This document shows, one piece after another, positions 29,885 to 39,923 of a DNA stretch of 64,000 nucleotides (positions within the stretch are counted from its first letter, which is position 1; each line of letters begins with the position of its first letter). This DNA is from Longimicrobiales bacterium. GTDB taxonomy: Bacteria; Gemmatimonadota; Gemmatimonadetes; Longimicrobiales; Gaopeijiaceae. The notes under the pieces were generated by a model. The model saw only the letters and a list, made by a program, of their open reading frames with translations. It did not search any database and had not been told where the DNA came from. Made by a program: the position numbers and the translations under genes. The DNA lies in the NCBI GenBank assembly GCA_965218295.1, contig CBDCKN010000003.1, positions 1 through 64,000 on the forward strand, in the 5' to 3' direction.

Positions 29885-30781
29885 ATGCGGCATCTACCGT
29901 TTCGACAGGTCGACGCGTTCACCACCGTCCCTATGCAGGGGAACGCGTGCACCATCGTCTTCGACGCTGACGGGCTCGGCGATGAAGTGATGCAGGCCTT
30001 CGCCCTGGAGATGAACCTATCGGAGACGTCGTTCGTGAGCGCATCCTCGAAGGCCGACTTCCGGTTCCGTTACTTCACGCCGGCCGAGGAGATCCCCCTC
30101 GCCGGGCATCCTACCATCGCCACCGTCCACGCGTTGGTGGAGATGGGGCGCATCAAGCTCGAGGGTCCGCAGACGGCCATCCGCGTCGAGCTCGAGGCAG
30201 GCGTCATCGACGTAGAGATCATGGACGAGCCGGATCGCTCTCCCCGGATCGTCATGTCACAAAAGCGGCCCGAGTTCCTCCGGATCTATGAAGCCGCCGA
30301 CGTCTTACCGGCTTTCGGACTCGGCGAGGATGATCTTCTGATCGACGCCGAGATCCAGACGGTGAGCACGGGTACACCTCAGTTGATGATCCCGCTCACC
30401 GGGCACGACGCGCTTCGTCGCGCCACCCTCGATATCACCGCCTACCGCGAGCTCCGCAGTCGAGGCGACTTCTTCAGCCCGCATCTCTTCTGCCTCGGCG
30501 GCTTCACCGAGAAGGGAGACACGTCGGCTCGGCACTTCGGTGTCCCGCCGGACACGCTCGAGGATCCCTTCACCGGATCGGCAACCGGCGGCATGTCGGC
30601 GTACCTGTGGAGCCGGGGACTCCTGGACTCTCCCCGCCTCGTGGCCGAGCAGGGCCACTGGATGGGCCGTCCGGGATCGGCGCTCGTGGAGGTGTTAGGC
30701 CCAAGGGACGACATCGAGACAGTTCGCGTCGCCGGGACGGCGGTCACCATCCTCGACGGAGAAGTGCGGCTACCCGGTTGA
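29885..30781 (+). CDS. PhzF family isomerase
   Basis: QVDAFT, MNLSETSFV, FTPAEEIPLAGHPT, EDPFTGSA, EQGHWMGRP. Confidence 0.93.
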   Translation: MRHLPFRQVDAFTTVPMQGNACTIVFDADGLGDEVMQAFALEMNLSETSFVSASSKADFRFRYFTPAEEIPLAGHPTIATVHALVEMGRIKLEGPQTAIRVELEAGVIDVEIMDEPDRSPRIVMSQKRPEFLRIYEAADVLPAFGLGEDDLLIDAEIQTVSTGTPQLMIPLTGHDALRRATLDITAYRELRSRGDFFSPHLFCLGGFTEKGDTSARHFGVPPDTLEDPFTGSATGGMSAYLWSRGLLDSPRLVAEQGHWMGRPGSALVEVLGPRDDIETVRVAGTAVTILDGEVRLPG

Positions 30782-30803
30782 TGTACTTGTGATCGCGGCC
30801 ACC

Positions 30804-31250
30804 CTACATCTTCAAGCGTTCTTGCATCCCGATGAACCGATAGCTCTCCTCGATCCATTTCTCGGTCTGGGCATCGAGCTGAGTGGAGTCGACGACGTTC
30901 ACCCAGTGGACGTACCACCCCGACACCACCTCCTCGATCCGATCGATGCGGTCGGACTCGAGGGCGTGGGGCAGAGCGAAAGACCACGTCATCCCTCTTT
31001 CCGAGATCTTGGTGATGGTGGCGAAACGCACCCGGCCGAGAAAGGCGATGCGGGTCTTGGCAGGAGCCACGTGGTACTCGCCGCATGCGGCGATCATCTG
31101 CTCGAAGCGGTTATAGAGGGCCAGGCCGCGGGGGCCCAGGTCGTCGAGCCATTCTCCGAGAGTGGCCTCCCCGCAGGAGTGCCACTGGTTTTCGGTCACG
31201 AACTGCGCCCCGCACTTGGGGCAAGTCCAAAGTGGTCCCAATCCATCCAT
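30804..31250 (-). CDS. DUF5655-like protein with N-terminal CxxC
   Basis: WTCPKCG...NQWHSC, KTRIAF; start overlaps the stop of the upstream methyltransferase remnant. Confidence 0.7.
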   Translation of the reverse strand: MDGLGPLWTCPKCGAQFVTENQWHSCGEATLGEWLDDLGPRGLALYNRFEQMIAACGEYHVAPAKTRIAFLGRVRFATITKISERGMTWSFALPHALESDRIDRIEEVVSGWYVHWVNVVDSTQLDAQTEKWIEESYRFIGMQERLKM

Positions 31251-31588
31251 CACAATGCCGCCGGTTTGTACGCCCGGAAGTTCACTCCCATGGTACCGAA
31301 AGCCTTCGCCTCTTTGCTGGGGCGTGGGGCACCCTCGAAGACGTTCTTCCTCCAGGTCACCTCGAAGTCCTCGAATCCCGCGGCCACGACCGTGGCTTGG
31401 AGCTCCGCTTCAAGCAGAGCTCCCGCGATTCAGTTGGTCCAGAGGTCGATGTCTCGTTTCGCTCCTTCCGGGACGGCCTTGGAGACCGTGATGTCTGCGA
31501 TCTGCAGTCGGCCTCCTGGCCGTAGCACCCTGAACATCTCCTTGAGGACCAGTGACTTGTCAGGAGCCAGATTGAGGGGTCCGTTACC
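31250..31588 (-). pseudogene. 5'-truncated ArsM-like SAM methyltransferase with in-frame UGA (probable Sec)
   Basis: Hand translation NGPLNLAPDKSLVLKEMFRVLRPGGRLQIADI...DIDLWTN[TGA 31432-31430]IAGALLEAEL...GFEDF...FRAYKP; hairpin at 31399-31423. Confidence 0.8.
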
Positions 31589-31812
31589 GGCCTTTCGCGG
31601 CCAGGCTGCCCACGAGCCGGACAGAGCGAGGGTCCGTCACCGTCAGATCAGTCAGGTCCGCGCTAATGTAATCGATGTCGGCGTCGGGAGTGCGCCTCGT
31701 AAACCGGAAACCGGGCTCCTTCGGCTCGGGCTTCCCTCTATCTCCCACCCACCTGGTCTACCAACGGTGCGCACGCCTTCGGTTTCGTCGTCGCCCTCTC
31801 GAGGCAAGACGA

Positions 31813-32820
31813 CTACCACTGCCGCCAGCGTCCGCCGCCACCCACATCCCGCTGGAGGATCCGCGCCGCAGCGCCCGGCCGCCCGTCGACGAACGCTATT
31901 CCTTTCATGGGACCGAGCACGCTCACGGCTGATGCGAGAGCGTCGGCCTCGGTGCCCGTAGGTGCCAGCACCGTGACGACACGGCGTTCGGTGAGGCCCA
32001 TCCCGCTCTGCGGGTCCATGATATGGGAGTAGCGCACGCTGTCGACCTCGATGAATCGGTAGGCGTCGCCCGACGTGGCCACAGCGCCCAGTGCCAGGTG
32101 CCGGATCTCAGAGACGACGCGCCCGTCCTCGACGCCGGGGATCTCGACGCGCCACCCCGTCGTGCCCGGGGGCGCATCGCCCAGCACGACGTCGCCCCCC
32201 GCATCCACCAGCGCGTGGTGGACGCCGAAGCTCCGCAGCACGTCGAGGGCAGCATCGGCGGCGTAGCCTTTGCCGATGCCGCCCAGGTCCAGCCGCATCC
32301 CGTCCAGCTCCAGCCGGACGCTCCGGGTTGCCGGGTTCAGCAGGAGAAAGCGGTAGCCGACGGACTCACGCGCCCGGTTCAACCGTTCATGCGGTGGGAA
32401 AGTGGCCCGCCGGCCCGCCCAGCGCCACAGCCGGGTGAGGGGCCCCACCGTTACATCAAAGGCGCCGTCGGTCCGCGCGGCCCAGTCCTGCGCTGCTGCC
32501 AAGACTGTCCACAGATCCTTGCTGACCGAAACCCATTCGCCGGATCCCGCGGTCGCCGAGAGACGCGACACCTCGCTCGAGGGATCGTAATCGCTGAGGC
32601 GCCGCTCCAGCGCGTCCACTCGCGCAAAGGCTGCCACCGTGCCCTGTCGGGCGCGCACGCTGTCCATGGCGTAGAGTACGATGCGGAACGGAGTCCCCAT
32701 CAGGGCCCGGTCGAAGTGATATCGCTCGAGCTGCTGTGCGCAGAGTGCCGGCGCGAGTGCCGCCCCCGCCCCCACCGCCACCCCCGCCCACAGGGCGCCA
32801 ACTCTGATGACGGCCCGCAT
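31813..32820 (-). CDS. apbE: FAD:protein FMN transferase
   Basis: LMGT, LSDYDPSSEVS, GAFDVTVGPL, LDLGGIGKGYAAD, ATSGD, YSHIMDP, ADALA. Confidence 0.93.
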   Translation of the reverse strand: MRAVIRVGALWAGVAVGAGAALAPALCAQQLERYHFDRALMGTPFRIVLYAMDSVRARQGTVAAFARVDALERRLSDYDPSSEVSRLSATAGSGEWVSVSKDLWTVLAAAQDWAARTDGAFDVTVGPLTRLWRWAGRRATFPPHERLNRARESVGYRFLLLNPATRSVRLELDGMRLDLGGIGKGYAADAALDVLRSFGVHHALVDAGGDVVLGDAPPGTTGWRVEIPGVEDGRVVSEIRHLALGAVATSGDAYRFIEVDSVRYSHIMDPQSGMGLTERRVVTVLAPTGTEADALASAVSVLGPMKGIAFVDGRPGAAARILQRDVGGGGRWRQW

Positions 32821-32829
32821 GCGACCGAT

Positions 32830-34170
32830 CTACAGGGACCGGGTGACTCCCGGCATCGGCACCGGATAATTGCCGTGGTCGTCAGGCAGGACCGGGGGAT
32901 CCGCGTCCCACGCGAATCGTTGGGGCATGAGGCTCAGGTCGGAGGCGAGTGCCGCATCCCACTCGACGACGCTCCCCGAGTACGTGGCCATCCGTCCCAT
33001 GATGGCCGTCATCGTCGCCTCGGCCCCCATCGCGGCGTCGGCGAACGTGTAGTCGCCGTTGGCAATCGCCGTAAACAGCGCGTCGAGCTCCACCTGATAG
33101 GGGTCCGGATCGTGCTCGTCGTCGTGCTCGAACAGCGTGTGCCCGGAGCTGGACAGTATCACCCCGGGTCGGGGCGCGGTGCCGTTGGTGCCGTGAAAGC
33201 TCTCGGACACGCGGTTCATGCAGTCCGGCATGTGGCGGCATTGGCTCAGGACCCGGCTGCCGTCCTCGTACTCGAACTCGACGAAGTGGTGATCGTAGAT
33301 CTGTCCGTGATCGGGACCCGTCCGGATCAGACGGCCGCCCTGTCCCTGGGCGCGAACGGGGTGTCCCTGCTTCACCCAGTTGCCCACGTCGATGTTGTGG
33401 ATGTGCTGTTCTACGATGTGGTCGCCGCACAGCCAGGTGAAGTAGTACCAGTTGCGCATCTGGTAGTCCATCTCCGTCTGCCCGGGCTGACGCTCCCTCA
33501 CCCAGACGCCGCCGCTGTTCCAGTAGACGCGTCCCAGAACGATGTCACCGATCATGCCCGCGTGCAGCCGCCCGACCCATTCCCGGTACATGCGCTGATA
33601 GTGCTTCTGCAGGCCCACGACCACGTTGAGCTGCTTTTCCTTCGCGATCTCGGCCGTCTCGAGCACCTTCCGGATACCGGGCGCATCGGTGGCCACCGGC
33701 TTTTCCATGAACACGTGCTTTCCCGCTGCAATCGCCGCCGCGAAGTGGATCGGCCGGAACCCGGGCGGCGTCGTGAGAATCACCACGTCCGCCAGCGGGA
33801 TCACCTCCTTGTAGGCGTCGAACCCCACGAAGCGGTGCTCCCGGGGAACGTCCACCTGCGCCGTGAGGTCTCTATTCCCGCCGGGCCGCTCGGTGCTCGT
33901 GATGGTCTCGAGGCTGCCGTCCAGCCGGTCCTGGAAGGCATCGGCAATGGCCACCAGCTTCACGTTGGGCCGCGCGCTCAGGGCTTGCACGGCGGCGCCG
34001 GTGCCGCGTCCACCGCAACCCACGAGCCCCACCCGGATCGTGTCGTCGAACGGGCGGGAGGGGTAGGTGCGCGGCTGGAGCCCCACCGCGGTGACGCCGA
34101 AGGCGGTGGCTGAGGTCTTTACGAACTCGCGGCGGTCGATCGCGCCCGTGGAATCAGAGTCAGGAATCAT
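32830..34170 (-). CDS. Tat-exported Gfo/Idh/MocA family oxidoreductase
   Basis: DRREFVK twin-arginine motif; VGLVGCGGRGTGA, HVFMEKP, GDHIVEQHIHNID. Confidence 0.92.
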   Translation of the reverse strand: MIPDSDSTGAIDRREFVKTSATAFGVTAVGLQPRTYPSRPFDDTIRVGLVGCGGRGTGAAVQALSARPNVKLVAIADAFQDRLDGSLETITSTERPGGNRDLTAQVDVPREHRFVGFDAYKEVIPLADVVILTTPPGFRPIHFAAAIAAGKHVFMEKPVATDAPGIRKVLETAEIAKEKQLNVVVGLQKHYQRMYREWVGRLHAGMIGDIVLGRVYWNSGGVWVRERQPGQTEMDYQMRNWYYFTWLCGDHIVEQHIHNIDVGNWVKQGHPVRAQGQGGRLIRTGPDHGQIYDHHFVEFEYEDGSRVLSQCRHMPDCMNRVSESFHGTNGTAPRPGVILSSSGHTLFEHDDEHDPDPYQVELDALFTAIANGDYTFADAAMGAEATMTAIMGRMATYSGSVVEWDAALASDLSLMPQRFAWDADPPVLPDDHGNYPVPMPGVTRSL

Positions 34171-34304
34171 GGCCATAGCCGGAATCCTCGTTCGTTTCGC
34201 GCGGGTGCCTCCCTTGTGCGAGACACCATCCCGCCACGATCTGGGGAGAGGAATGAATGTGCGGTTACATTGTCTACCTGGCCCCGACCGCACAAGCCGA
34301 GGGC

Positions 34305-35326
34305 TCAGGATCCCAGCAGCTCGGCCCAGTACGCCCCGATCTCTTCGATGGTGAACGTCCGTGCAGGGCGCACCAGGCGGAAGCCCACGTGGGGGGAGTC
34401 GGTGTTCCACCAGCGACTCTGGGGCAGCTGGGGATCGCGTCGCTTCCACCTGAGTGTCGATTGCAACCGGTCGGCGCAGCGCAGGGCCCGGGGTTCGTCG
34501 TCGAACGCACCCCCGCGCACCGAGCGGGGATGGGTGTGACTGGGCCGTGCCCAGGGAGAGCGGGCGCCGTCTCCGAGGGTGCCGTAGAACCCGGCGTCGT
34601 ACTGGTCGAGGGTCCACTCGGCCACGTTCCCCAGCATGTCGTGGAGGCCCCAGGGGTTGGGGGCCTTGGCGCCGACCGGGTGGAATACCTCTCCGCTGTT
34701 GGAGGCATACCACCCGTGCGCGTCGAGCGCGCCCGGATCGTCACCGAACGGGTAGGCCGTGCTGGTACCGGCGCGGCAGGCGTACTCCCACTCCGCTTCG
34801 GTGGGTAAACGGTAAAGCCGGCCGGTTTTCTCGGAGAGCCAGCGGGCGTATTGCAGGACGGCCCACTGGGTCATCCCCGCCGCCGGGTGACCATCCCGTC
34901 CCATCCCGTGTGCCGGGTCCTCTTTTACGGGGGACTGGGGCGCGACACCGCGTCCACGTCGAAGCGTACGCCTGCAACCGCGGTGGCCTCGCTGTCGAAA
35001 CGCCGGAATCGGAAGATGGCGAACTCGTCGTGGGTGACCTCGTGCGTGCCGATCCAGAAGGGCTCGAGGGTCACGCGGCGTTGCGGCCCCTCGTCCGGCT
35101 CCCGGCCCGCTTCGTTCTCCGGGCTACCAAGCCGGAAGGTCCCGCCCGGCGCAATGGCCATGGTGAAGGTCACCTCGGTACCGGGAATGGTATCGACGTA
35201 GGTAGCGCCCACCTGCTGCCGTGGGCTTTGGCGCTCGTTGTGGGTCGCGGGCGACCGGGTGGGTGGGCTCGTTGCGGTAAGCCCGGGGAGCAGGCAGAGC
35301 AACAGGACGACGATCAGCCTGGGCAT
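34305..35326 (-). pseudogene. Secreted formylglycine-generating-enzyme (FGE-sulfatase) domain protein, stop/frameshift at 34923-34927
   Basis: GTFRLGSP, DEGPQ, HEVT, then RLPTEAEWEYACRAG, PNPWGLHDMLGNVAEW, VGFR; CCG-TAAAA-GAG where P-Y-E is expected. Confidence 0.85.
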
Positions 35327-35441
35327 ACTCGATGAATCCCGCATCCCGTCCCCCCACCATCTGCTATCCACTGAGCGATCGCTATATGACCAGCATGTGA
35401 CCGACCGCTACTTTCATGAACCGTCCATCAATAGTCGCATC

Positions 35442-36017
35442 CTAGGACGCCGGGTATTCCACGGACCCAATAACCGCGTCGCACACGGACAACAACCACA
35501 CCTGGTGCACCATTTCCACGATATTGTAGGCTCTGCTTTCGACCCAGAGATTGAGGTCTCCGAGACTGCGGAGAGGATTGTCATGGGCAAATCCAGAAAG
35601 AGTCACGAGGGGGATCCCCAACTCCCTCGCCGTCCGGCCGGCCCTTAGGATGTTCTCCGATTGACCGCTGGAACTGATCAAGACGACAAGGTCGTTCGAC
35701 TCCCCGTACATTTTCAGACTCCTCGCAACCCACTCCTCATACCCGAAGTCGTTGGCCAGACAACTCACCCATGCAGCGCCCGAAAAACTCACGGCCCGCA
35801 CACCAGCGTTCTTCGTGAAGTCAACTACACAGTGATCCGCGATTGCAGCGCTCCCCCCATTCCCTGCGATGATTACCTTCCCACCACGGTTCTGTACCGA
35901 AAGCATTCGATCTCGGAGATCAAGTAGATCCGCTTGGACTGCGGCACCCCTCAGGGCCGTGCCGAAGAGGTCGAAATAGTCGGAGAACCACTCTCGGTCG
36001 ATCATAGACTCAGTCAT
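35442..36017 (-). CDS. SIS-domain phosphoheptose isomerase (GmhA-like)
   Basis: IAGNGGSAAIADH, CLANDFGY, ISSSGQSENI, YNIVEMVH; visibly lower GC than flanks. Confidence 0.85.
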   Translation of the reverse strand: MTESMIDREWFSDYFDLFGTALRGAAVQADLLDLRDRMLSVQNRGGKVIIAGNGGSAAIADHCVVDFTKNAGVRAVSFSGAAWVSCLANDFGYEEWVARSLKMYGESNDLVVLISSSGQSENILRAGRTARELGIPLVTLSGFAHDNPLRSLGDLNLWVESRAYNIVEMVHQVWLLSVCDAVIGSVEYPAS

Positions 36018-36289
36018 TCGGGGTCCTCAGAGAAGTCGGTTTGGAGTCGAAGAATTGGTTCACCTCAGACTCCCAGGATTTGTTCGTGTGATAACCCGCG
36101 GCCGTCCACCGGCGCAAGGCACCGAGATTCCGCCCCCATTGTAGACCCCGCGTCGACTCGATCTCACTCTCCTAAGTCACCCTGGTGCGTGCCTCGCACG
36201 GTCTAGCACACCTCGACCTTGTCTTCATCGATGCGCAGCTCATCTCCGGCTCGATCATGGAAGACCCGCGGGCGTACCCGGGATCCAAA

Positions 36290-36650
36290 TCATGCTCCCA
36301 GCCAATAGGCCACCACCCTCCGCGATGGGACATGGACGTACACCGTCAGATCCCCGCCCGCCACAGCATACATTTGGCCCTCGACGACGTAGGTAAAGGG
36401 GGGAGCGTAGTAGACCGCCCAAAGAGAATCACGCTCGTCGATTCCCTCCCTCATCGAGGAAGTCATGATCGTAGGGCCGCAACTCTCTGAGGACCTCAGG
36501 CCCGGTGGTCTCCGGGTCGAACCCCAGCTCTACGGCTTTCTGGTCGGCAGCCAGGCGGACCTCCGCCTCGCGCGTCGCGTCGATGTCGATCTCCCCACCG
36601 GCAGAGCCGTCGGCCGGCTGGTCGCTTCCTTTCCCAGACTCGGGTCCCAT
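36290..36650 (-). pseudogene. Small hypothetical protein frameshifted near 36450
   Basis: ORF 36429..36650 continues in another frame past GAGGGAGGG as ...DSLWAVYYAPP...GGDLTVYVHVPSRRVVAYWLGA*; RBS GGAGG before ATG. Confidence 0.45.
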
Positions 36651-37002
36651 GTCTACCTCCGATCAGGCGCGAAGCCATGAACGATGTCGCACCCTATGGA
36701 CCGTCACTCGCAGGGACAAGCATACACCCTGAGAGCCGGCTTGCCGCTGCCGAGGCACGCACCTAACCTCTGAGAGACAAAAGGTTCAAACCGCACGTTT
36801 GGGATCTGTGGACAGCCACCGAGGACTACGTACGTTCCTTTGTCGAGTATACGTATACCGATGATACCGCCGTGGATGCCTCGTACCGGCCCGCCTGAGT
36901 CTTTCGGCATGTGGGGAATGGCCGTAGATCCATGGGTGAGTGACTCTCGCGCCGAACGCTGTCGGTACTCGCCCCGGACTTCCGCTGCACCAGGAGATTG
37001 AG

Positions 37003-38166
37003 ATGGTCCGCATCGCCTCGGCATTCGCTGCCGCTGGTCTCTTCCTGTCTGTTGCGACCACCGCGCACGGCCAGTCGCCGGTCTACCGGTCCGCCCTCCA
37101 CGACTACCGGCTGGTGACGGTGGCGGATGGACTGGAGCATCCCTGGTCCATGGCGTTCCTTCCGGACGGCGACATGCTGGTGACGGAGCGGCCCGGGCGG
37201 CTCCGCATTATCAGGAACGGGACGCTGCTCTTCGACCCGGTGCCCGGGGTTCCCGAGGTCCTTGCCGAGGGTCAGGGTGGGCTCCTCTCGGTGGTGCCTC
37301 ATCCCGACTTCGCCTCGAACCGACTTCTCTATCTGAGCTTCTCGAAGCCCGTCGGCGATGGCTCCTCCGCGACCACCGCGGTGGTACGCGGTCGCTTCGA
37401 GAATGATCGTCTCACTGACGTCGAGGAGATCTTCGAGGCGGCATCCCGGGGTCGTGGCCACTACGGCTCCCAGCTTGCCTTCGATGCCGACGGCTACCTC
37501 TTCATCACCGTCGGTGATCGCCAAGTGCCGTCGACGGGAGATCTGGAGGCCCATCCCGCCCAGGATCTGTCGAACAACCACGGCACGATCAACCGGCTCC
37601 ACGACGACGGCCGTATTCCCGACGACAATCCCTTCGTCGGCCGCGACGGCGCTCGTCCGGAGATCTGGAGCTACGGGCACCGGAACCCTCAAGGGTTGGC
37701 CATTCACCCTGAGACGGGAGACATCTGGGCCACTGAGCACGGGCCGCAGGGAGGGGACGAGCTCAACCTGATACGCTCGGGCGTGAACTACGGTTGGCCC
37801 GTGGTGGGGTACGGGGTGAACTACCGCAGCGGATCGGTAATCCACGAGGGGACGCACCGGGACGGCATCCAACCGCCGATCCACTTCTGGGTGCCGTCCA
37901 TCGCTACCGCCGGCATGATGATCTATACCGGTGACCGCTTTCCGGCATGGCAGGGAAACATCTTCGTCGGAGGAATGGCCGGCCAGCAGCTCGCGCGCCT
38001 CACCATGGACGGACCGGCCGTCGAGATCGAGGAGACGCTCGTCCATGGGATGGGCCGCATCCGGGACGTCCGCCAGGGACCGGACAGCTACATCTACCTG
38101 GCCATCGACGACCGAGGGGGCGCGCCAACGCCCATCTATCGGATGGAGCCTGCCGGCGCAAGGTGA
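37003..38166 (+). CDS. PQQ-dependent sugar dehydrogenase (glucose/sorbosone family)
   Basis: GLEHPWSMAFLPDG, GQGGLL, HYGS, SYGHRNPQG, EHGPQGGDELN, NYGWP, RIRDV. Confidence 0.95.
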   Translation: MVRIASAFAAAGLFLSVATTAHGQSPVYRSALHDYRLVTVADGLEHPWSMAFLPDGDMLVTERPGRLRIIRNGTLLFDPVPGVPEVLAEGQGGLLSVVPHPDFASNRLLYLSFSKPVGDGSSATTAVVRGRFENDRLTDVEEIFEAASRGRGHYGSQLAFDADGYLFITVGDRQVPSTGDLEAHPAQDLSNNHGTINRLHDDGRIPDDNPFVGRDGARPEIWSYGHRNPQGLAIHPETGDIWATEHGPQGGDELNLIRSGVNYGWPVVGYGVNYRSGSVIHEGTHRDGIQPPIHFWVPSIATAGMMIYTGDRFPAWQGNIFVGGMAGQQLARLTMDGPAVEIEETLVHGMGRIRDVRQGPDSYIYLAIDDRGGAPTPIYRMEPAGAR

Positions 38167-38194
38167 TCGCAGGTCGGAACCCCGGCCTTCTTGC

Positions 38195-39100
38195 TCATGG
38201 TGCCTCCAGAACGTCTACAAGCAGGCCGGCCAGCTCCCCTGCGTATCGACCGGTCGGATCCAGATCCGGGTCGAATATGGTGACTTGCAGACCGTGGACC
38301 TCGGGAGCCGCTAGGAGTGTGGACAGCAGTTCATGGAGCTCAGCGAAGCTCAGTCCGTCCGGTTGAGGTGAGTCGACTGCGGGCATGATCGTGCTGTCGA
38401 GGACGTCCACGTCCACGTGGACCCACACACCATCGAGGGGTGCCCGGGCGAAGCGATCGAGCACTACCCTCGCCGACTCGGCCATGCCCTGCGACCGCAG
38501 TCGCTCGAGGGACGCCGAGTACATCGGTCCGCGCGCAAGCTCGAGGTATTCGGATGGGTAGCCGTCGTCCCCGTCGCGATGACCCAGGAGCGCCACATCC
38601 TCGGCACGCACGAGGGAGTCGGTCCCGTGGAGACGAGTGAGCACGTCGGGCCCGTGACCGGTCACTAAGGCGAGGTCCATTCCCGCAGCGCCACCCGTTT
38701 GGGAGGTGTTCGGCGACAGAAGATCCTGGTGACCATCCAGGAAGACGAGCCCATACCGTCCCCGCCGCCTGAGACCCAGCATCGACCCCAGCAGAATGCT
38801 GCAGTCGCCGCCCAGGACGAGTGGTGCATGGCCGGTGTACAGGGCGCCACCGACCGCCTCAGCCAGGTCGTGGGCGTAGGCGGCGACGGCCTCGGCGTTG
38901 AGCATTCCGCTCTCCGGATCTCGGTCGCCGGAGTACGGTGGAGAGGGGACGAGGACCCGATCCCTCACTCGCAGGCCCTCCAGCAGGCCCGCCTCGATCA
39001 ACGCCTCGGGGAGACGTCGCACACCCGGCTCCCGGCCGGGACTAGGCGGTCGAAGGCCCAGATTGGAGGGGGCCTCAACCAAGGATAGTGGTGGCCGCAT
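38195..39100 (-). CDS. Arginase family protein
   Basis: APSNLGL, LGGDCS, LDGHQD, HVDVDVLD, PAVDSP. Confidence 0.92.
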   Translation of the reverse strand: MRPPLSLVEAPSNLGLRPPSPGREPGVRRLPEALIEAGLLEGLRVRDRVLVPSPPYSGDRDPESGMLNAEAVAAYAHDLAEAVGGALYTGHAPLVLGGDCSILLGSMLGLRRRGRYGLVFLDGHQDLLSPNTSQTGGAAGMDLALVTGHGPDVLTRLHGTDSLVRAEDVALLGHRDGDDGYPSEYLELARGPMYSASLERLRSQGMAESARVVLDRFARAPLDGVWVHVDVDVLDSTIMPAVDSPQPDGLSFAELHELLSTLLAAPEVHGLQVTIFDPDLDPTGRYAGELAGLLVDVLEAP

Positions 39101-39108
39101 GTGGAATA

Positions 39109-39759
39109 TCACTGCTCCGTGACACAGAGCCGTGCGAAGCCCTCGGGGATCGGCACCTCCAGCCGTTGTTGTGTCCAACTGCTCGGAAGCCGCCGAACCT
39201 CCAGGTGGGGCAGCTCCCGGGATCCCACCTCGAACGCGTGGTTCTTCCCGTATTGATCGTGCAGCTCGAGGCGGAGACGGAGTTCGGTAGGGTCCGGGAT
39301 CGGGCCTCTGTTCTGGAAGTCCAGCCTGAGGGAGATGCCCTGGTTGGGAATGCCGGACGCCTGGGGCGAGAGCATGATGGGGCATACACTGGCGTCCACC
39401 CACTCGTGAACGATCTCGTTGTGGTGACGTGGTTCTCCACTCGACCCGCCGTAGTCTGTGCTGGTTTCCATCCGCTCGTCGAGCCGCGTCCCGTGGACGT
39501 CGCCATCGAGCCAGCCGTTGCCGAGGTTGACCGACGCGTCCAGGCGAACGACGGTGTTCGGCTTGTCGCTCAGATTCGTGACGATGAAGTCGGCATCCGT
39601 GTGGACGTGAAGCGTGTTGAAATCGTCGTCGACCACCAGTCCATCGGGAGCGAAGCGGAAGACCTGGAGCCGCGGCAGCCGCGCCAGCTTAGTGGCGAAG
39701 AACTGGTAGAGCGAGAGGAGGGCACCGCTGACTGCGATGATGAACGTGACGATTTGCAT
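39109..39759 (-). CDS. Hypothetical protein with N-terminal TM helix
   Basis: MQIVTFIIAVSGALLSLYQFF; co-oriented 8 bp upstream of the arginase gene. Confidence 0.65.
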   Translation of the reverse strand: MQIVTFIIAVSGALLSLYQFFATKLARLPRLQVFRFAPDGLVVDDDFNTLHVHTDADFIVTNLSDKPNTVVRLDASVNLGNGWLDGDVHGTRLDERMETSTDYGGSSGEPRHHNEIVHEWVDASVCPIMLSPQASGIPNQGISLRLDFQNRGPIPDPTELRLRLELHDQYGKNHAFEVGSRELPHLEVRRLPSSWTQQRLEVPIPEGFARLCVTEQ

Positions 39760-39923
39760 TCGGGACCTCCTAGCCGATGTGCCGCGGAAGCGTACGTCCG
39801 TGGGCGACACAGAGCAAAGCTCGAGCGCGTGCGGGTCGCTCGAGATTCCTTGTCTTCTGGCCCGAGACACCACAGGATCTGATGTCGCAGTCGGACACTA
39901 GCCTCCCCTCATCGAGGTCCTCC

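Noticed and set aside
32023..34113. Long antisense ORFs (this 696-aa one, also 9240..10997, 11612..13327, 14272..15786, 57733..59307)
   Set aside because: Shadow frames of well-supported genes on the opposite strand, expected in high-GC DNA; no motifs
36770..36945. Plus-strand frame with in-frame TGA (…DASYRPA*VFRHVG…) as a third selenoprotein
   Set aside because: No recognisable family, no Cys-type motif, no start codon
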